A stretch of 64,000 bases of DNA, taken from Acholeplasmataceae bacterium (lineage in GTDB: Bacteria > Bacillota_I > Bacilli_A > Acholeplasmatales > Acholeplasmataceae). Below, piece after piece: positions 28,071 through 37,757 of the stretch. The notes beneath the pieces were generated by a model that saw only the letters and a program-made list of their open reading frames with translations, ran no database searches and had not been told where the DNA came from. The number at the start of each line of letters is the position of its first letter. The stretch's first letter is position 1. Position numbers and translations under genes: made by a program. The stretch covers positions 192,001-256,000 of the forward strand of contig OY775910.1 of assembly GCA_963675245.1 (NCBI GenBank), read 5' to 3'.

Positions 28071-28346
28071 TCATTTAACAGCGTCTTTTAAAAGCTTTCC
28101 AGCTCTAAATGCAGGAGATTTTTGTGCAGGTACTTGGATCACTTCACCAGTTCTTGGGTTTTTACCCATACGAGCTGCGCGATCTCTGACTTCAAATGTA
28201 CCAAATCCTGTAACAACAACCTTTTCACCACGACGACCTAGCGTTTCAGCTACTGTGCCTGTGAAAGCTTCGATGACTGCTTCTGCAACCTTTTGAGTGA
28301 CTTCTGCTTTATTAGCCACTACGGAAATCAATTCAGTCTTGTTCAT
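28071..28346 (-). CDS. hup: DNA-binding protein HU
   Basis: MNKTELI, GFGTFEV, GKNPRTGE, PAFRAGK. Confidence 0.96.
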   Translation of the reverse strand: MNKTELISVVANKAEVTQKVAEAVIEAFTGTVAETLGRRGEKVVVTGFGTFEVRDRAARMGKNPRTGEVIQVPAQKSPAFRAGKLLKDAVK

Positions 28347-28450
28347 TAGATTACCTCCTTTAAAGTAACTCTATTTTATCAAAATTACATGTATATTACA
28401 ACGATTTTCGCTTGAATAAGCGATTTTATCGGTGTTTTAGTCTAATAAGA

Positions 28451-29446
28451 TTAAAAATCTTCTGATTTTAAGTCTCTCGAGAGTAAAATTTGTAATGCAT
28501 CACTTACGGCAATTTTGCCGGAAATGATCTCATAAGCGGTACTAATCATTGGTAATTCGATGTGATTTGAAATTGCTAGGTCATGCATCGCTTCAATCGT
28601 TCTGATACCTTCAATGGTTTGTTCTTCCTCAGCGTAAACCTGCTCAACAGAAACACCTTTACCGAGTTTTACACCTGCTCTAAAGTTACGAGAATTCTCA
28701 GAACTTGCTGTTACAATTAAGTCACCAATACCTGTTAATCCAAATGCAGTTTCTTTTTTACCACCCATGACTTCAACGATCCTTACAATTTCGACAATAC
28801 CTCTGGTAATCACAGCTGCTCTTGCATTTTCACCTAGTCCAAGACCAGTACATGCACCAGAAACAACTGCAATCGCATTTTTCACGGCACCACCGACTTC
28901 TGAACCAATTAAGTCACATGATGTGTAAACACGTAAATAAGAATCATTTGAGAATAATAACTGAACTTCTTTAGCTAACGCTTTATCGTCACTTGCACTA
29001 ACGAGTAATGTTAATTTTCTTAAAATAACCTCTTCAGCATGTGAAGGACCAGTCAAAGCGACAAACCCTTTAAATTTATTGGCATCAATTTCTTCTCGTG
29101 CAATTTCTGATGATCTTTTATACGTATGTGGTTCTATGCCTTTAGAGACATTAATGAATACAGATGGTTTCGTTATCAATTGATTCATATCACGCAATAC
29201 TTGACGTTCAAACTTTGATGGTACACTCAATAAATAATAATTTGAGAAATGAATCAATGTTTCAAAATCATTTGTCGCGATGACTTTATCAGGTAAAACC
29301 GTATTGAAGAATGGGTGTAGATGTTCATTAATTTTATCAACATGACTCTTTTTAATATCATAGATCAATACATCATGACCATTATCCACTAAAACTTGTG
29401 CTAATGTGGTACCCCAAGCACCACCACCAATGACACCGACTTTCAT
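28451..29446 (-). CDS. gpsA: NAD(P)H-dependent glycerol-3-phosphate dehydrogenase
   Basis: GGGAWGT, SKGIE, GPSHAEEV, GDLIVT, SRN. Confidence 0.95.
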   Translation of the reverse strand: MKVGVIGGGAWGTTLAQVLVDNGHDVLIYDIKKSHVDKINEHLHPFFNTVLPDKVIATNDFETLIHFSNYYLLSVPSKFERQVLRDMNQLITKPSVFINVSKGIEPHTYKRSSEIAREEIDANKFKGFVALTGPSHAEEVILRKLTLLVSASDDKALAKEVQLLFSNDSYLRVYTSCDLIGSEVGGAVKNAIAVVSGACTGLGLGENARAAVITRGIVEIVRIVEVMGGKKETAFGLTGIGDLIVTASSENSRNFRAGVKLGKGVSVEQVYAEEEQTIEGIRTIEAMHDLAISNHIELPMISTAYEIISGKIAVSDALQILLSRDLKSEDF

Positions 29447-29447
29447 G

Positions 29448-30752
29448 TTACTCCTTCTTTCTTAAGACAAGTTTAATAGGTGATCCAGTAAAGTCTATCG
29501 CTTGTCTAAATTGATTATTTAAATATCTTAAATATGAAAAATGGACAAAATCAGGGTTGTTGACAAAAACTAAAAATGTTGGTGGTTTAATCGCCACTTG
29601 TGTCATATAATTGAAATTTGCTCTACCATGATTGAATACAGGTGTTGGATTCATTGCAGTTGCATCCATCAATAATTCATTTAATATAGATGTTTGAATT
29701 TGTTTTGTGTAACTTTCGTATGCTCTTCTAATTGCAGGAAAAATCGTATTGATTCGATCGCTGTGTTTCGCAGAAATAAAAACAACTTCTGCATATGGGA
29801 AAAATTGAAATTCGTCTTTAATTTTCTTTTCCATTTTAGCCATCGTTTTATCATCTTTTTCTATCAAATCCCACTTGTTAACCACAATAACGACACCTTT
29901 GTTCGCGTCTGCAATATAACCAGCAACATGCTTATCTTGCTCTAAAATACCTTCATCACCATCAATAATCAATAATGCGATATCACTTCTATCTAATGCT
30001 GATAAAGCTCTTAAAACACTATATTTATCTGCATTTTCATATATTTTCCCGCGTTTTTTAATACCAGCGGTATCAATAACAACGTATTCTTGTTTATCTT
30101 TTTTAAAGCGTGAATCAATGGCATCTCTTGTTGTCCCTGAAATATCTGAAACAATCACGCGTTCTTCGCCTAAGATCGCATTTGTCAATGATGATTTGCC
30201 AACATTCGGTCTACCAACAATGGCTAGATGAATCGCATCATCTTCTACATCATCCTTTGGATCTTCCATATAAGAGACAATTTTATCCAGTAAATCACCT
30301 GTTCCTATACCATGATGTGCAGAAATTGCAATCGGATCTCCCAATCCTAATGCATAAAACTCATAGATGTTTGGTACTTGATTCACATCATCAATTTTGT
30401 TAATAACAAGAATCACTGGTTTATTTGAGTCATATAACATTTTCGCAATCAAATGATCACTATCTGTTAATCCAGATTTACCATCGCAGACGAAAATAAT
30501 TGCGTCTGCTTCATCCATCGCAATTTGTGCTTGTGCTTTGATTTGATTTAAAAAAGGGGCATCGCCGATGTCGATGCCGCCTGTATCGATGACTCTAAAG
30601 TTTCGTGTCAACCATTCGGCACGTGCATATAATCTATCACGTGTAATTCCCGAAGCATCATCAGTAATCGATAATCTTTCACCGACAATGCGGTTAAACA
30701 AACTCGATTTTCCGACATTTGGTCTGCCTACAATAGCAACCTTAAAGGGCAT
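29448..30752 (-). CDS. der: Ribosome biogenesis GTPase Der
   Basis: Two GRPNVGKSS G-domains plus KH-like C-terminus. Confidence 0.97.
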   Translation of the reverse strand: MPFKVAIVGRPNVGKSSLFNRIVGERLSITDDASGITRDRLYARAEWLTRNFRVIDTGGIDIGDAPFLNQIKAQAQIAMDEADAIIFVCDGKSGLTDSDHLIAKMLYDSNKPVILVINKIDDVNQVPNIYEFYALGLGDPIAISAHHGIGTGDLLDKIVSYMEDPKDDVEDDAIHLAIVGRPNVGKSSLTNAILGEERVIVSDISGTTRDAIDSRFKKDKQEYVVIDTAGIKKRGKIYENADKYSVLRALSALDRSDIALLIIDGDEGILEQDKHVAGYIADANKGVVIVVNKWDLIEKDDKTMAKMEKKIKDEFQFFPYAEVVFISAKHSDRINTIFPAIRRAYESYTKQIQTSILNELLMDATAMNPTPVFNHGRANFNYMTQVAIKPPTFLVFVNNPDFVHFSYLRYLNNQFRQAIDFTGSPIKLVLRKKE

Positions 30753-30773
30753 GATATTACCTACTTTATAAAA

Positions 30774-32171
30774 CTAATTTTTTAAGTGCTCTTCGAAAAG
30801 ATCGCCTAAATTAGTACCTTCTGATTCATTTGTGTTATCATCCAAATATTCTTCAAAGGATGCGCGTTCTGCTTTTTCTTTGACTCGACGAATCGAAAGT
30901 TCTAACGCCCATTGTCCTTTTTTGCAATCTGTAACAACAGCTTCTACTTCATCACCCACTGCAAAATAATCAGATGGTCTGTTAATTTTTTCTGTTGCAA
31001 GTTCACTAATAGGGATATCACCTAAAACGCCTTGAACTTCTACTTTAATACCTTTTTCGCCAACTTCAGCGACTTTTGCTTTTACAACATCACCACGTTT
31101 AACAGTGACATTCTTCCAAGGATTATCTTCAAGTGCTTTTTTAGATAACGCGATTCTCTCTTTTTTAGGATCCATTTGAATAATTTTTAGTGTGATTGAA
31201 TCGCCAATTTTAACATAGCTTTCAAAATTATCATTCGGATTCCAAGAAAATTCATTCTTATGAAGTAACCCACGTACATCTTTATCTAATTCAACAATGA
31301 TACCAAAAGGTAATTTTTGGAAAACAGTACCTTCAACCTCATCATTGATATGATGTGCTTCATAAAATAATTCATATGGTGTTTTTAACAATGCTTTAAT
31401 TGATAAATCTAAGCGATTGCCTTCTTTTTTAATGACTTTGACTTCAACTTCTTCATTTAATGATAAAACATCTTCAATTTTATCAATACGATGATGTGAT
31501 ACTTGAGAGATACGAAGAAGACCAACCACATGATCAAAGCGAATGGTTGCTGCATGTTTTTCAATTTTGTCAACTTTACCTTTTAAAACATCACCTGTAT
31601 TAATTGTTTCAAGTTCATCTTGTCTTAATTGTAGACGCTCTTCATAAGCTTCTTGTCTTTCGCGTTCAAAAATAGCTTTACGTGACGCAACAATTCTCTT
31701 AGAACGACCTCTACTAGTCGCTTCAATAATTTGTACTTCAATGGTCTTACCACGCAATTGCTCTTTATCTTTCACTAAATCAAAGTCTAGTAAACTATAT
31801 GGTAAGAATGCTTCATGGCCAGCATAATTTAAAATAAGACCCTTATCTTTAGCCGCCTTAACTTTCGATTTAACGGTTTCGCCTGATGCAACAAGGTCCT
31901 TAATTTCATCAAATTTTTCTTCAATGAGTAATGGTAAACGTGACAACAAAATTTGGGCAGGTTCGTCTGTGATTTTTTGAACCTTCGCTTTAACAACTTG
32001 ACCTAATGCCACAAGTCCTACAAACGTACTTGGTGCTGGTTTATCATAGTTGTCTAAGTGAATTTTCCCTTCTGTGAATTGTTGAATGTCTAAGTAAATA
32101 GTATTTTCTTCTACTTTAATGACAGTCCCTTCTACGATTTGTCCCCGTTTCAATACACTGATGTGCTCCAT
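30774..32171 (-). CDS. rpsA: 30S ribosomal protein S1 (five S1 repeats)
   Basis: Five OB/S1 repeats; cmk-rpsA-der synteny; ATG 32171 has better RBS spacing than 32177. Confidence 0.9.
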   Translation of the reverse strand: MEHISVLKRGQIVEGTVIKVEENTIYLDIQQFTEGKIHLDNYDKPAPSTFVGLVALGQVVKAKVQKITDEPAQILLSRLPLLIEEKFDEIKDLVASGETVKSKVKAAKDKGLILNYAGHEAFLPYSLLDFDLVKDKEQLRGKTIEVQIIEATSRGRSKRIVASRKAIFERERQEAYEERLQLRQDELETINTGDVLKGKVDKIEKHAATIRFDHVVGLLRISQVSHHRIDKIEDVLSLNEEVEVKVIKKEGNRLDLSIKALLKTPYELFYEAHHINDEVEGTVFQKLPFGIIVELDKDVRGLLHKNEFSWNPNDNFESYVKIGDSITLKIIQMDPKKERIALSKKALEDNPWKNVTVKRGDVVKAKVAEVGEKGIKVEVQGVLGDIPISELATEKINRPSDYFAVGDEVEAVVTDCKKGQWALELSIRRVKEKAERASFEEYLDDNTNESEGTNLGDLFEEHLKN

Positions 32172-32173
32172 GT

Positions 32174-32830
32174 TCATTCTCCTTCTGATCTTAAAAGATC
32201 CACTATCTTATCGACAACTTGGTCGATATTTAAATATGTTGTGTCTATAATGATTGCATCATCTGCTTTTTTAAGCGGTGATGCTTTACGCGTTGAATCT
32301 TTCATATCACGCGTTTCGATTTCTTCGATTAACTTATCAATCGAAGCTTCTTTACCTTTTTTTAAATTTTCTTTATGTCTTCTTTTCGCACGTTCTGTTA
32401 CATCTGCGATGAGAAATATTTTTAAATCAGCATGTGGCAAAACCACTGTTCCGATATCTCTACCGTCCATGATGATATTACCGTCTTCAGCTGCTTTTTG
32501 TTGTAATTCAACCAATTTCTCTCTGACATATGGGAAACTTGAGACTAAAGAGACGTTGGATGTGACCGCGTTCGATCGAATATCTTCAGTAACATCTCTA
32601 TCATCTATATAAATACGATTTTCATCATAATGAATACGTATCGATTCTAAAAATTGATAAGCGGATTCATCATTTAAATCAATACCTAATTCGATGGCTT
32701 CAAGCGTTACCGCGCGATACATGGCACCCGTATCAATATGCGTCCAGCCAAGTCGACGTGCAATGGTTGCACTAATCGTACTTTTACCAGATCCCGCTGG
32801 TCCGTCAATGGCCAGTTTAAATCCAGACAT
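32174..32830 (-). CDS. cmk: Cytidylate kinase
   Basis: AIDGPAGSGKST, DTGAMYR, DGRDIGT; start ATG 32830. Confidence 0.96.
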   Translation of the reverse strand: MSGFKLAIDGPAGSGKSTISATIARRLGWTHIDTGAMYRAVTLEAIELGIDLNDESAYQFLESIRIHYDENRIYIDDRDVTEDIRSNAVTSNVSLVSSFPYVREKLVELQQKAAEDGNIIMDGRDIGTVVLPHADLKIFLIADVTERAKRRHKENLKKGKEASIDKLIEEIETRDMKDSTRKASPLKKADDAIIIDTTYLNIDQVVDKIVDLLRSEGE

Positions 32831-32889
32831 GTGTTTCCTCCATACATAGTTAATTATAACATACATTAAAGCTTCTTAAAACATCAATC

Positions 32890-33624
32890 TTACTTTTTTA
32901 CACCCTTATGTGCATATAACTTTTTGACTTCATGGACCTTTAAAGGGCGATATTTACCACGTTCAACACCATCTAGTGTTAGAAAATCGTAACGAACCCT
33001 TGTTAAGTTTTTAACTGGGTATCCTAGTGCATCAAAAAGCTTTCTAACTTCTCTGTTTCTTCCTTCGGTTAAAACAATCCCTAATAATGACGATTGATGA
33101 TCTTTATCTAATGAGATTAGATGTACATATTTGGGTTTAGCAAAATGTCCATCTTCAAGCGTCAATCCACCTCTTAATTTGACAACATCTTTTCTAATGA
33201 CAATCCCTTTAACTCGTACAATATATTCTTTTTCAACTTCATGTGATGGATGCATCAGTATATTTGATAACTCTCCATCATTTGTTAAAAGTATTAAACC
33301 AGCAGAATCACCATCTAGGCGTCCTACAGGATAAAGTCTATTTTTTTTCATGTCTTCATCTAATAAATCAATGACTGTCTTTCTACCTTTTTCATCTTTT
33401 GTTGTAGAAATATATCCCGCTGGTTTATTAAGCAAAAAATACTGATATTCAGCACGTATAATTAAATGATCATCAACCATAATTTCATCTTTTTCAGATA
33501 CAATTATACCCATTTCTGTCACAACTTGGCCGTTGACTTTAACACGTCCTTCAGCAATCATTACTTCTGCTTTACGACGCGATGCTACATTCGAATGTGC
33601 TAATACTTTTTGGAGTCTTTCCAT
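32890..33624 (-). CDS. rluB: rRNA pseudouridine synthase (RluB family)
   Basis: ERLQK S4 domain, VGRLD, EGRNREVR; start ATG 33624. Confidence 0.9.
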   Translation of the reverse strand: MERLQKVLAHSNVASRRKAEVMIAEGRVKVNGQVVTEMGIIVSEKDEIMVDDHLIIRAEYQYFLLNKPAGYISTTKDEKGRKTVIDLLDEDMKKNRLYPVGRLDGDSAGLILLTNDGELSNILMHPSHEVEKEYIVRVKGIVIRKDVVKLRGGLTLEDGHFAKPKYVHLISLDKDHQSSLLGIVLTEGRNREVRKLFDALGYPVKNLTRVRYDFLTLDGVERGKYRPLKVHEVKKLYAHKGVKK

Positions 33625-33661
33625 GTTATTCACCCTCATCTATTATAGCATACAAACCAAG

Positions 33662-33684
33662 AAAAAAGGACAGCACGCTGTCCT
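33662..33684 (-). terminator. Terminator after efp
   Basis: AGGACAGC-AC-GCTGTCCT with T-run on the minus strand. Confidence 0.75.
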
Positions 33685-34249
33685 AATTATTGTCTCTTGA
33701 AACGTAAGATCCGTCGTTTGTATTAACAATAATTTTTTCGCCTTGTTCAATAAACATTGGTACTTTTACTAGTAAACCTGTTTGCATGATAGCATCTTTC
33801 AATGCGTTTGTTTTGGTATCGCCTTTTACAGCTGGGTCAGCTTCTACAACTTGAAGTGATACTTTATCAGGTAAAATAACACCTAATATTTCACGGCCAT
33901 CGTAGAACATAACATCAACACTCATACCTTCATAAATGTATTTAAGTTCGTTTTCGATTTGTGGTTGATGTATTTCTAGTTGTTCATATGTGTCATTATT
34001 CATAAATACATGATAATCGCCATTTGCGTATAAATACTGCATGGACATTTTATCGATTTGGGCACGTTCAACTTTCGTGCCTGAGTTAAATGTATAATCA
34101 ATAACTGATCCAGTTCGTAAATTCCTTAATTTTGTACGTACAAACGCACTGCCTTTACCAGGTTTAACATGCATGAATTCAATCACTTGAAAAAGGTTGC
34201 CTTCCCAAACAATTGTTTGTCCAGTTTTAAAATCATTCGTTGAGATCAT
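33683..34249 (-). CDS. efp: Elongation factor P
   Basis: HVKPGKGSAFVR, VPMFI, YVSR. Confidence 0.97.
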   Translation of the reverse strand: MISTNDFKTGQTIVWEGNLFQVIEFMHVKPGKGSAFVRTKLRNLRTGSVIDYTFNSGTKVERAQIDKMSMQYLYANGDYHVFMNNDTYEQLEIHQPQIENELKYIYEGMSVDVMFYDGREILGVILPDKVSLQVVEADPAVKGDTKTNALKDAIMQTGLLVKVPMFIEQGEKIIVNTNDGSYVSRDNN

Positions 34250-34301
34250 AAATTATATTCCTTTCCTCAATTCCTCTACCATTATACATGAAACTTAATG
34301 T

Positions 34302-34730
34302 CTAAACAACAAGTTCTTTTAGAAAGTCAATCGCTTCGACATAGCTATCTATTTTCTTACCCATAAAACGACCATCGACAACATCAAAAATATAATCTAC
34401 TCTTCTAAAATCTTCTCGCTCTTCAATATTTGATAAATGAACTTCAGCTTTTGGAATATGAATCATATCCAGTGCATCTCTAATGGCAATAGATGTATGG
34501 GTATATGCACCAGGATTAATCAATATCGCATCATATTCACCATCAATCGTTTCTTGAATCACTTCAATTAATTCACCTTCAAAATTTGACTGAAAGTAAG
34601 TGAAATCAATATCAAGATAATAATCAGATAATTCATCGTAAAGATCTTCTAATGTAAAAGATCCGTATTGACGTTCATCCCGGTAACCTAACATATTTAA
34701 GTTAGGTCCATGAATCACCAACAATTTCAT
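34302..34730 (-). CDS. aroQ: Type II 3-dehydroquinate dehydratase
   Basis: GPNLNMLG, QSNFEG, INPGAYTHTS, EVHLSN. Confidence 0.96.
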   Translation of the reverse strand: MKLLVIHGPNLNMLGYRDERQYGSFTLEDLYDELSDYYLDIDFTYFQSNFEGELIEVIQETIDGEYDAILINPGAYTHTSIAIRDALDMIHIPKAEVHLSNIEEREDFRRVDYIFDVVDGRFMGKKIDSYVEAIDFLKELVV

Positions 34731-35218
34731 TTGTATTCCTCATTTCTCATATAGTTTAACATCACATTAACTGTTTGGTCGACATCAACATTCCCATTAA
34801 TAACAACATCAGCGAAATCTTGATATTTTAAATAGCGTTCATCAAAAAGTTGTTCTAATGTTTTCTTTAATAACAATGGTCTTTGATAATCATGTTCTAA
34901 ACGTTCTTTAATGACATCAATATCTGTATCTAAGTAAAACGTTAAACCATGCATCAACGCTTTATTGTTCTTATCAATGACTATACCACCACCACAAGCA
35001 ACAACGACATTATCACCTTCAACATGTTTAAGTGCTTCTGTTTCTAATCTTCTAAATGTTTTTTCTCCATGACGTTCAAAAATCTCCTCAATAAACATCA
35101 AAGCATCTTTTTCAATCGTAGCATCCAAATCAATAAATTGATAATGAAGTGCATCAGCTAAATGTTTGGCAATGGTAGACTTTCCTGATCCTGGCATCCC
35201 TATTAAAAATAAGCGCAT
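34727..35218 (-). CDS. aroK: Shikimate kinase
   Basis: GMPGSGKST, DLD, GEKTFR, GGG, RPLL. Confidence 0.94.
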   Translation of the reverse strand: MRLFLIGMPGSGKSTIAKHLADALHYQFIDLDATIEKDALMFIEEIFERHGEKTFRRLETEALKHVEGDNVVVACGGGIVIDKNNKALMHGLTFYLDTDIDVIKERLEHDYQRPLLLKKTLEQLFDERYLKYQDFADVVINGNVDVDQTVNVMLNYMRNEEYK

Positions 35219-35219
35219 A

Positions 35220-36092
35220 CTAAACTCCTTTTAAAAATGCATTCACATGGTTTAATGCTGTATCAAATAAAGCGTCATCTGTCGCATCTAATATAACAGC
35301 ATGCATCTGATTTAAAAACCATGTTTTTTGTTTTTTCGCTAATCTTCTACTGTTTTTGACAATATCTTTTTTAGCTTGTTCTAAATCAATTAAACCATCA
35401 AGATATTGATCCATTTCTCGATAACCTATCGCGTTGATCTTAATACCTTCATGGAAAAGCATTTTGGCTTCTTCTAAAAACCCTTCTTCAAACATCGCTT
35501 CAAGTCGCTTTTCTAAACGTTTCTCTAATAAATCTCGATCCATATCTAGATATAAAATCAGCGCATCATAAAGGGGTGTATCTTTACCCATTTTAGATGA
35601 TCTAGGTTTTCCTGCTTTTGCCATTGCCAAAGCACGAAGTAAACGTCTTCGATTCATTTCATCAATATTAATATTAGGATCAAGTGATTTAACTAATGCT
35701 GCAATATCTTCTGTTGAATAATTTTTATATGCTTCTTCAAAAGCATTGTTTCTTTCAGGATCATCAAAGATGTAATCATAAAGAGTTGCTTTAATATATA
35801 ACCCTGTACCACCTGAAATAATGGGTATATCAAGCGTTTCAATTAAGGCTCTAGCATCTTGTTGAAAATGGTAAACCGAATAATTTTCATTGACATCTCT
35901 AATATCAATCAAATGGTGTTTCACGCCATCCATCTCATGAGGTTTCAATTTAGCAGAGCCGATATCTAGTTTCCGATAAACTTGAACAGAATCACCATTA
36001 ATAACATCTGTATGAAGTGTTTTTGCAAGTTTAACTGATAGTCCACTTTTACCAGTAGCAGTTGGCCCAACAATCACAATCACTTTTTTCAT
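35220..36092 (-). CDS. miaA: tRNA dimethylallyltransferase
   Basis: GPTATGKS, DSVQVY, GGTGLY, AIGYRE, AKKQKTW. Confidence 0.96.
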   Translation of the reverse strand: MKKVIVIVGPTATGKSGLSVKLAKTLHTDVINGDSVQVYRKLDIGSAKLKPHEMDGVKHHLIDIRDVNENYSVYHFQQDARALIETLDIPIISGGTGLYIKATLYDYIFDDPERNNAFEEAYKNYSTEDIAALVKSLDPNINIDEMNRRRLLRALAMAKAGKPRSSKMGKDTPLYDALILYLDMDRDLLEKRLEKRLEAMFEEGFLEEAKMLFHEGIKINAIGYREMDQYLDGLIDLEQAKKDIVKNSRRLAKKQKTWFLNQMHAVILDATDDALFDTALNHVNAFLKGV

Positions 36093-37756
36093 ACGATTCG
36101 TTTAAACATCTTTTCGATGTCTGCCAATGATAATTTGATGATTGTAGGTCTTCCGTGTGGACATGAATACGGATTTTGACAACGAGATAATTCTTTAACT
36201 AAATGATCAATTTCAATGCGGTTTAAAGATTTATTAGCTTTAATTGCACCTTTACAACTCACATCTTTCGCTAAATCATCTCTTAATTTTTTCAAATCAA
36301 TTTTTTCATTTTCAGATATCATTTGAACCATGGATTCAATCGCAATATCCACTTCATGTTCTCGTAACCATGTTGGATTTCCTTTTAATTGACCTTGAAC
36401 AAATTTAAATCCATAAGATAATAATTCTTTCTCATGGGAATTAATGACATTTATATCCGCTGAAGTAAGGTCTAAATCAATCGGTATAATACGTTCATTT
36501 ATAGCGAAGGTTGGTTGTGCTAACGCATCATAGTAATGTTCATATCTAATCCGTTCTGCAGCAGCATGTTGATCCATTAAATAAAGACCTGTTTCATTTT
36601 GAAATAATAGATATGTCCCTGCAAAAGTACCAACATATTCCAAATAAGGTAGTTTTTGAAGGGGTTTGTCTTCTAACTTAAGACTTTCTTCTTCCATAAA
36701 CAAAGATTGTGGTGTAAACGATTCTGGTATTTTATGAATGTCTGTCAATGTTTCTCTTATCGCTTGAGGTTTACCCACCAATGATTCTTTGACAAATTTC
36801 TCAACATAAAAAGCTAAAAGAGATTCATTGACGAGTCTTACTTCAAGCTTTTGTGGATGAACATTCACATCCAATAAGCTGGGATCCATATGTAAATAAA
36901 TCATAGCGATTGGGTATTTTCCGACCATTAAAAAACTATGATAACCATCAATGATGGCTTGTGTTAATTTATAATTTTTAACAAATCTACCATTTATAAA
37001 AATTGATATATCTTTTTTTCTGGAACGGACTATTTTTGGATTCATCAGATAGCCTTTAATTTCTATCTTTTGAACCTCTTCAGTAAATGAGATCATATGC
37101 TCGGTCACTTTTGAACCGTAGACGTGATCAATCAATTGTTTCATATGACCATTACCCACGGTCTCTTTAACAAGCTTATCATCAATAAAAAGACGCATCG
37201 CAATCTTTGGATTAGCTAGTGCTAAGCGATCAAACGTATCGATAAGGGCATAGCGTTCAGCTTGTTCACTTTTAATATATTTAAATCGTGCTGGTGTATT
37301 ATAAAAAAGATCTGTAACCGTTAACGATGTGCCGACATTAGCAGCACATTTTTTTTGACTCACTATTTGACCGGCATGAAGCGCTAAAGAAATCCCCTCA
37401 ACCATATCTTTCGTTTTCGTTATGATATCAATTTTAGAAACAGCACTAATAGCAGCAAGTGCTTCACCTCTAAATCCAAGCGTATGAATATGTGATAAAT
37501 CACCTTCGCTTTGTATCTTGGATGTTGCGTGTCTTTCAAAAGCGAGTGACGCATCTTCTTGATCCATGCCATATCCATTATCTGAAACACGTATAAAAGA
37601 CATACCGATATCTTTAATCTCGATATCGATGGTTGTCGCTTCAGCATCTATGGCATTTTCAATGAGTTCTTTCATCACCGAACTTGGTCGATCGACTACT
37701 TCACCAGCAGCAATCATATCTGCCAATCTCGGATTCATCTTAATAATCGATGGCAT
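36089..37756 (-). CDS. mutL: DNA mismatch repair endonuclease MutL
   Basis: IAAGEVV, KELIENAIDA, GFRGEAL, DQHAAAER, CPHGRP. Confidence 0.97.
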   Translation of the reverse strand: MPSIIKMNPRLADMIAAGEVVDRPSSVMKELIENAIDAEATTIDIEIKDIGMSFIRVSDNGYGMDQEDASLAFERHATSKIQSEGDLSHIHTLGFRGEALAAISAVSKIDIITKTKDMVEGISLALHAGQIVSQKKCAANVGTSLTVTDLFYNTPARFKYIKSEQAERYALIDTFDRLALANPKIAMRLFIDDKLVKETVGNGHMKQLIDHVYGSKVTEHMISFTEEVQKIEIKGYLMNPKIVRSRKKDISIFINGRFVKNYKLTQAIIDGYHSFLMVGKYPIAMIYLHMDPSLLDVNVHPQKLEVRLVNESLLAFYVEKFVKESLVGKPQAIRETLTDIHKIPESFTPQSLFMEEESLKLEDKPLQKLPYLEYVGTFAGTYLLFQNETGLYLMDQHAAAERIRYEHYYDALAQPTFAINERIIPIDLDLTSADINVINSHEKELLSYGFKFVQGQLKGNPTWLREHEVDIAIESMVQMISENEKIDLKKLRDDLAKDVSCKGAIKANKSLNRIEIDHLVKELSRCQNPYSCPHGRPTIIKLSLADIEKMFKRIV

Positions 37757-37757
37757 A

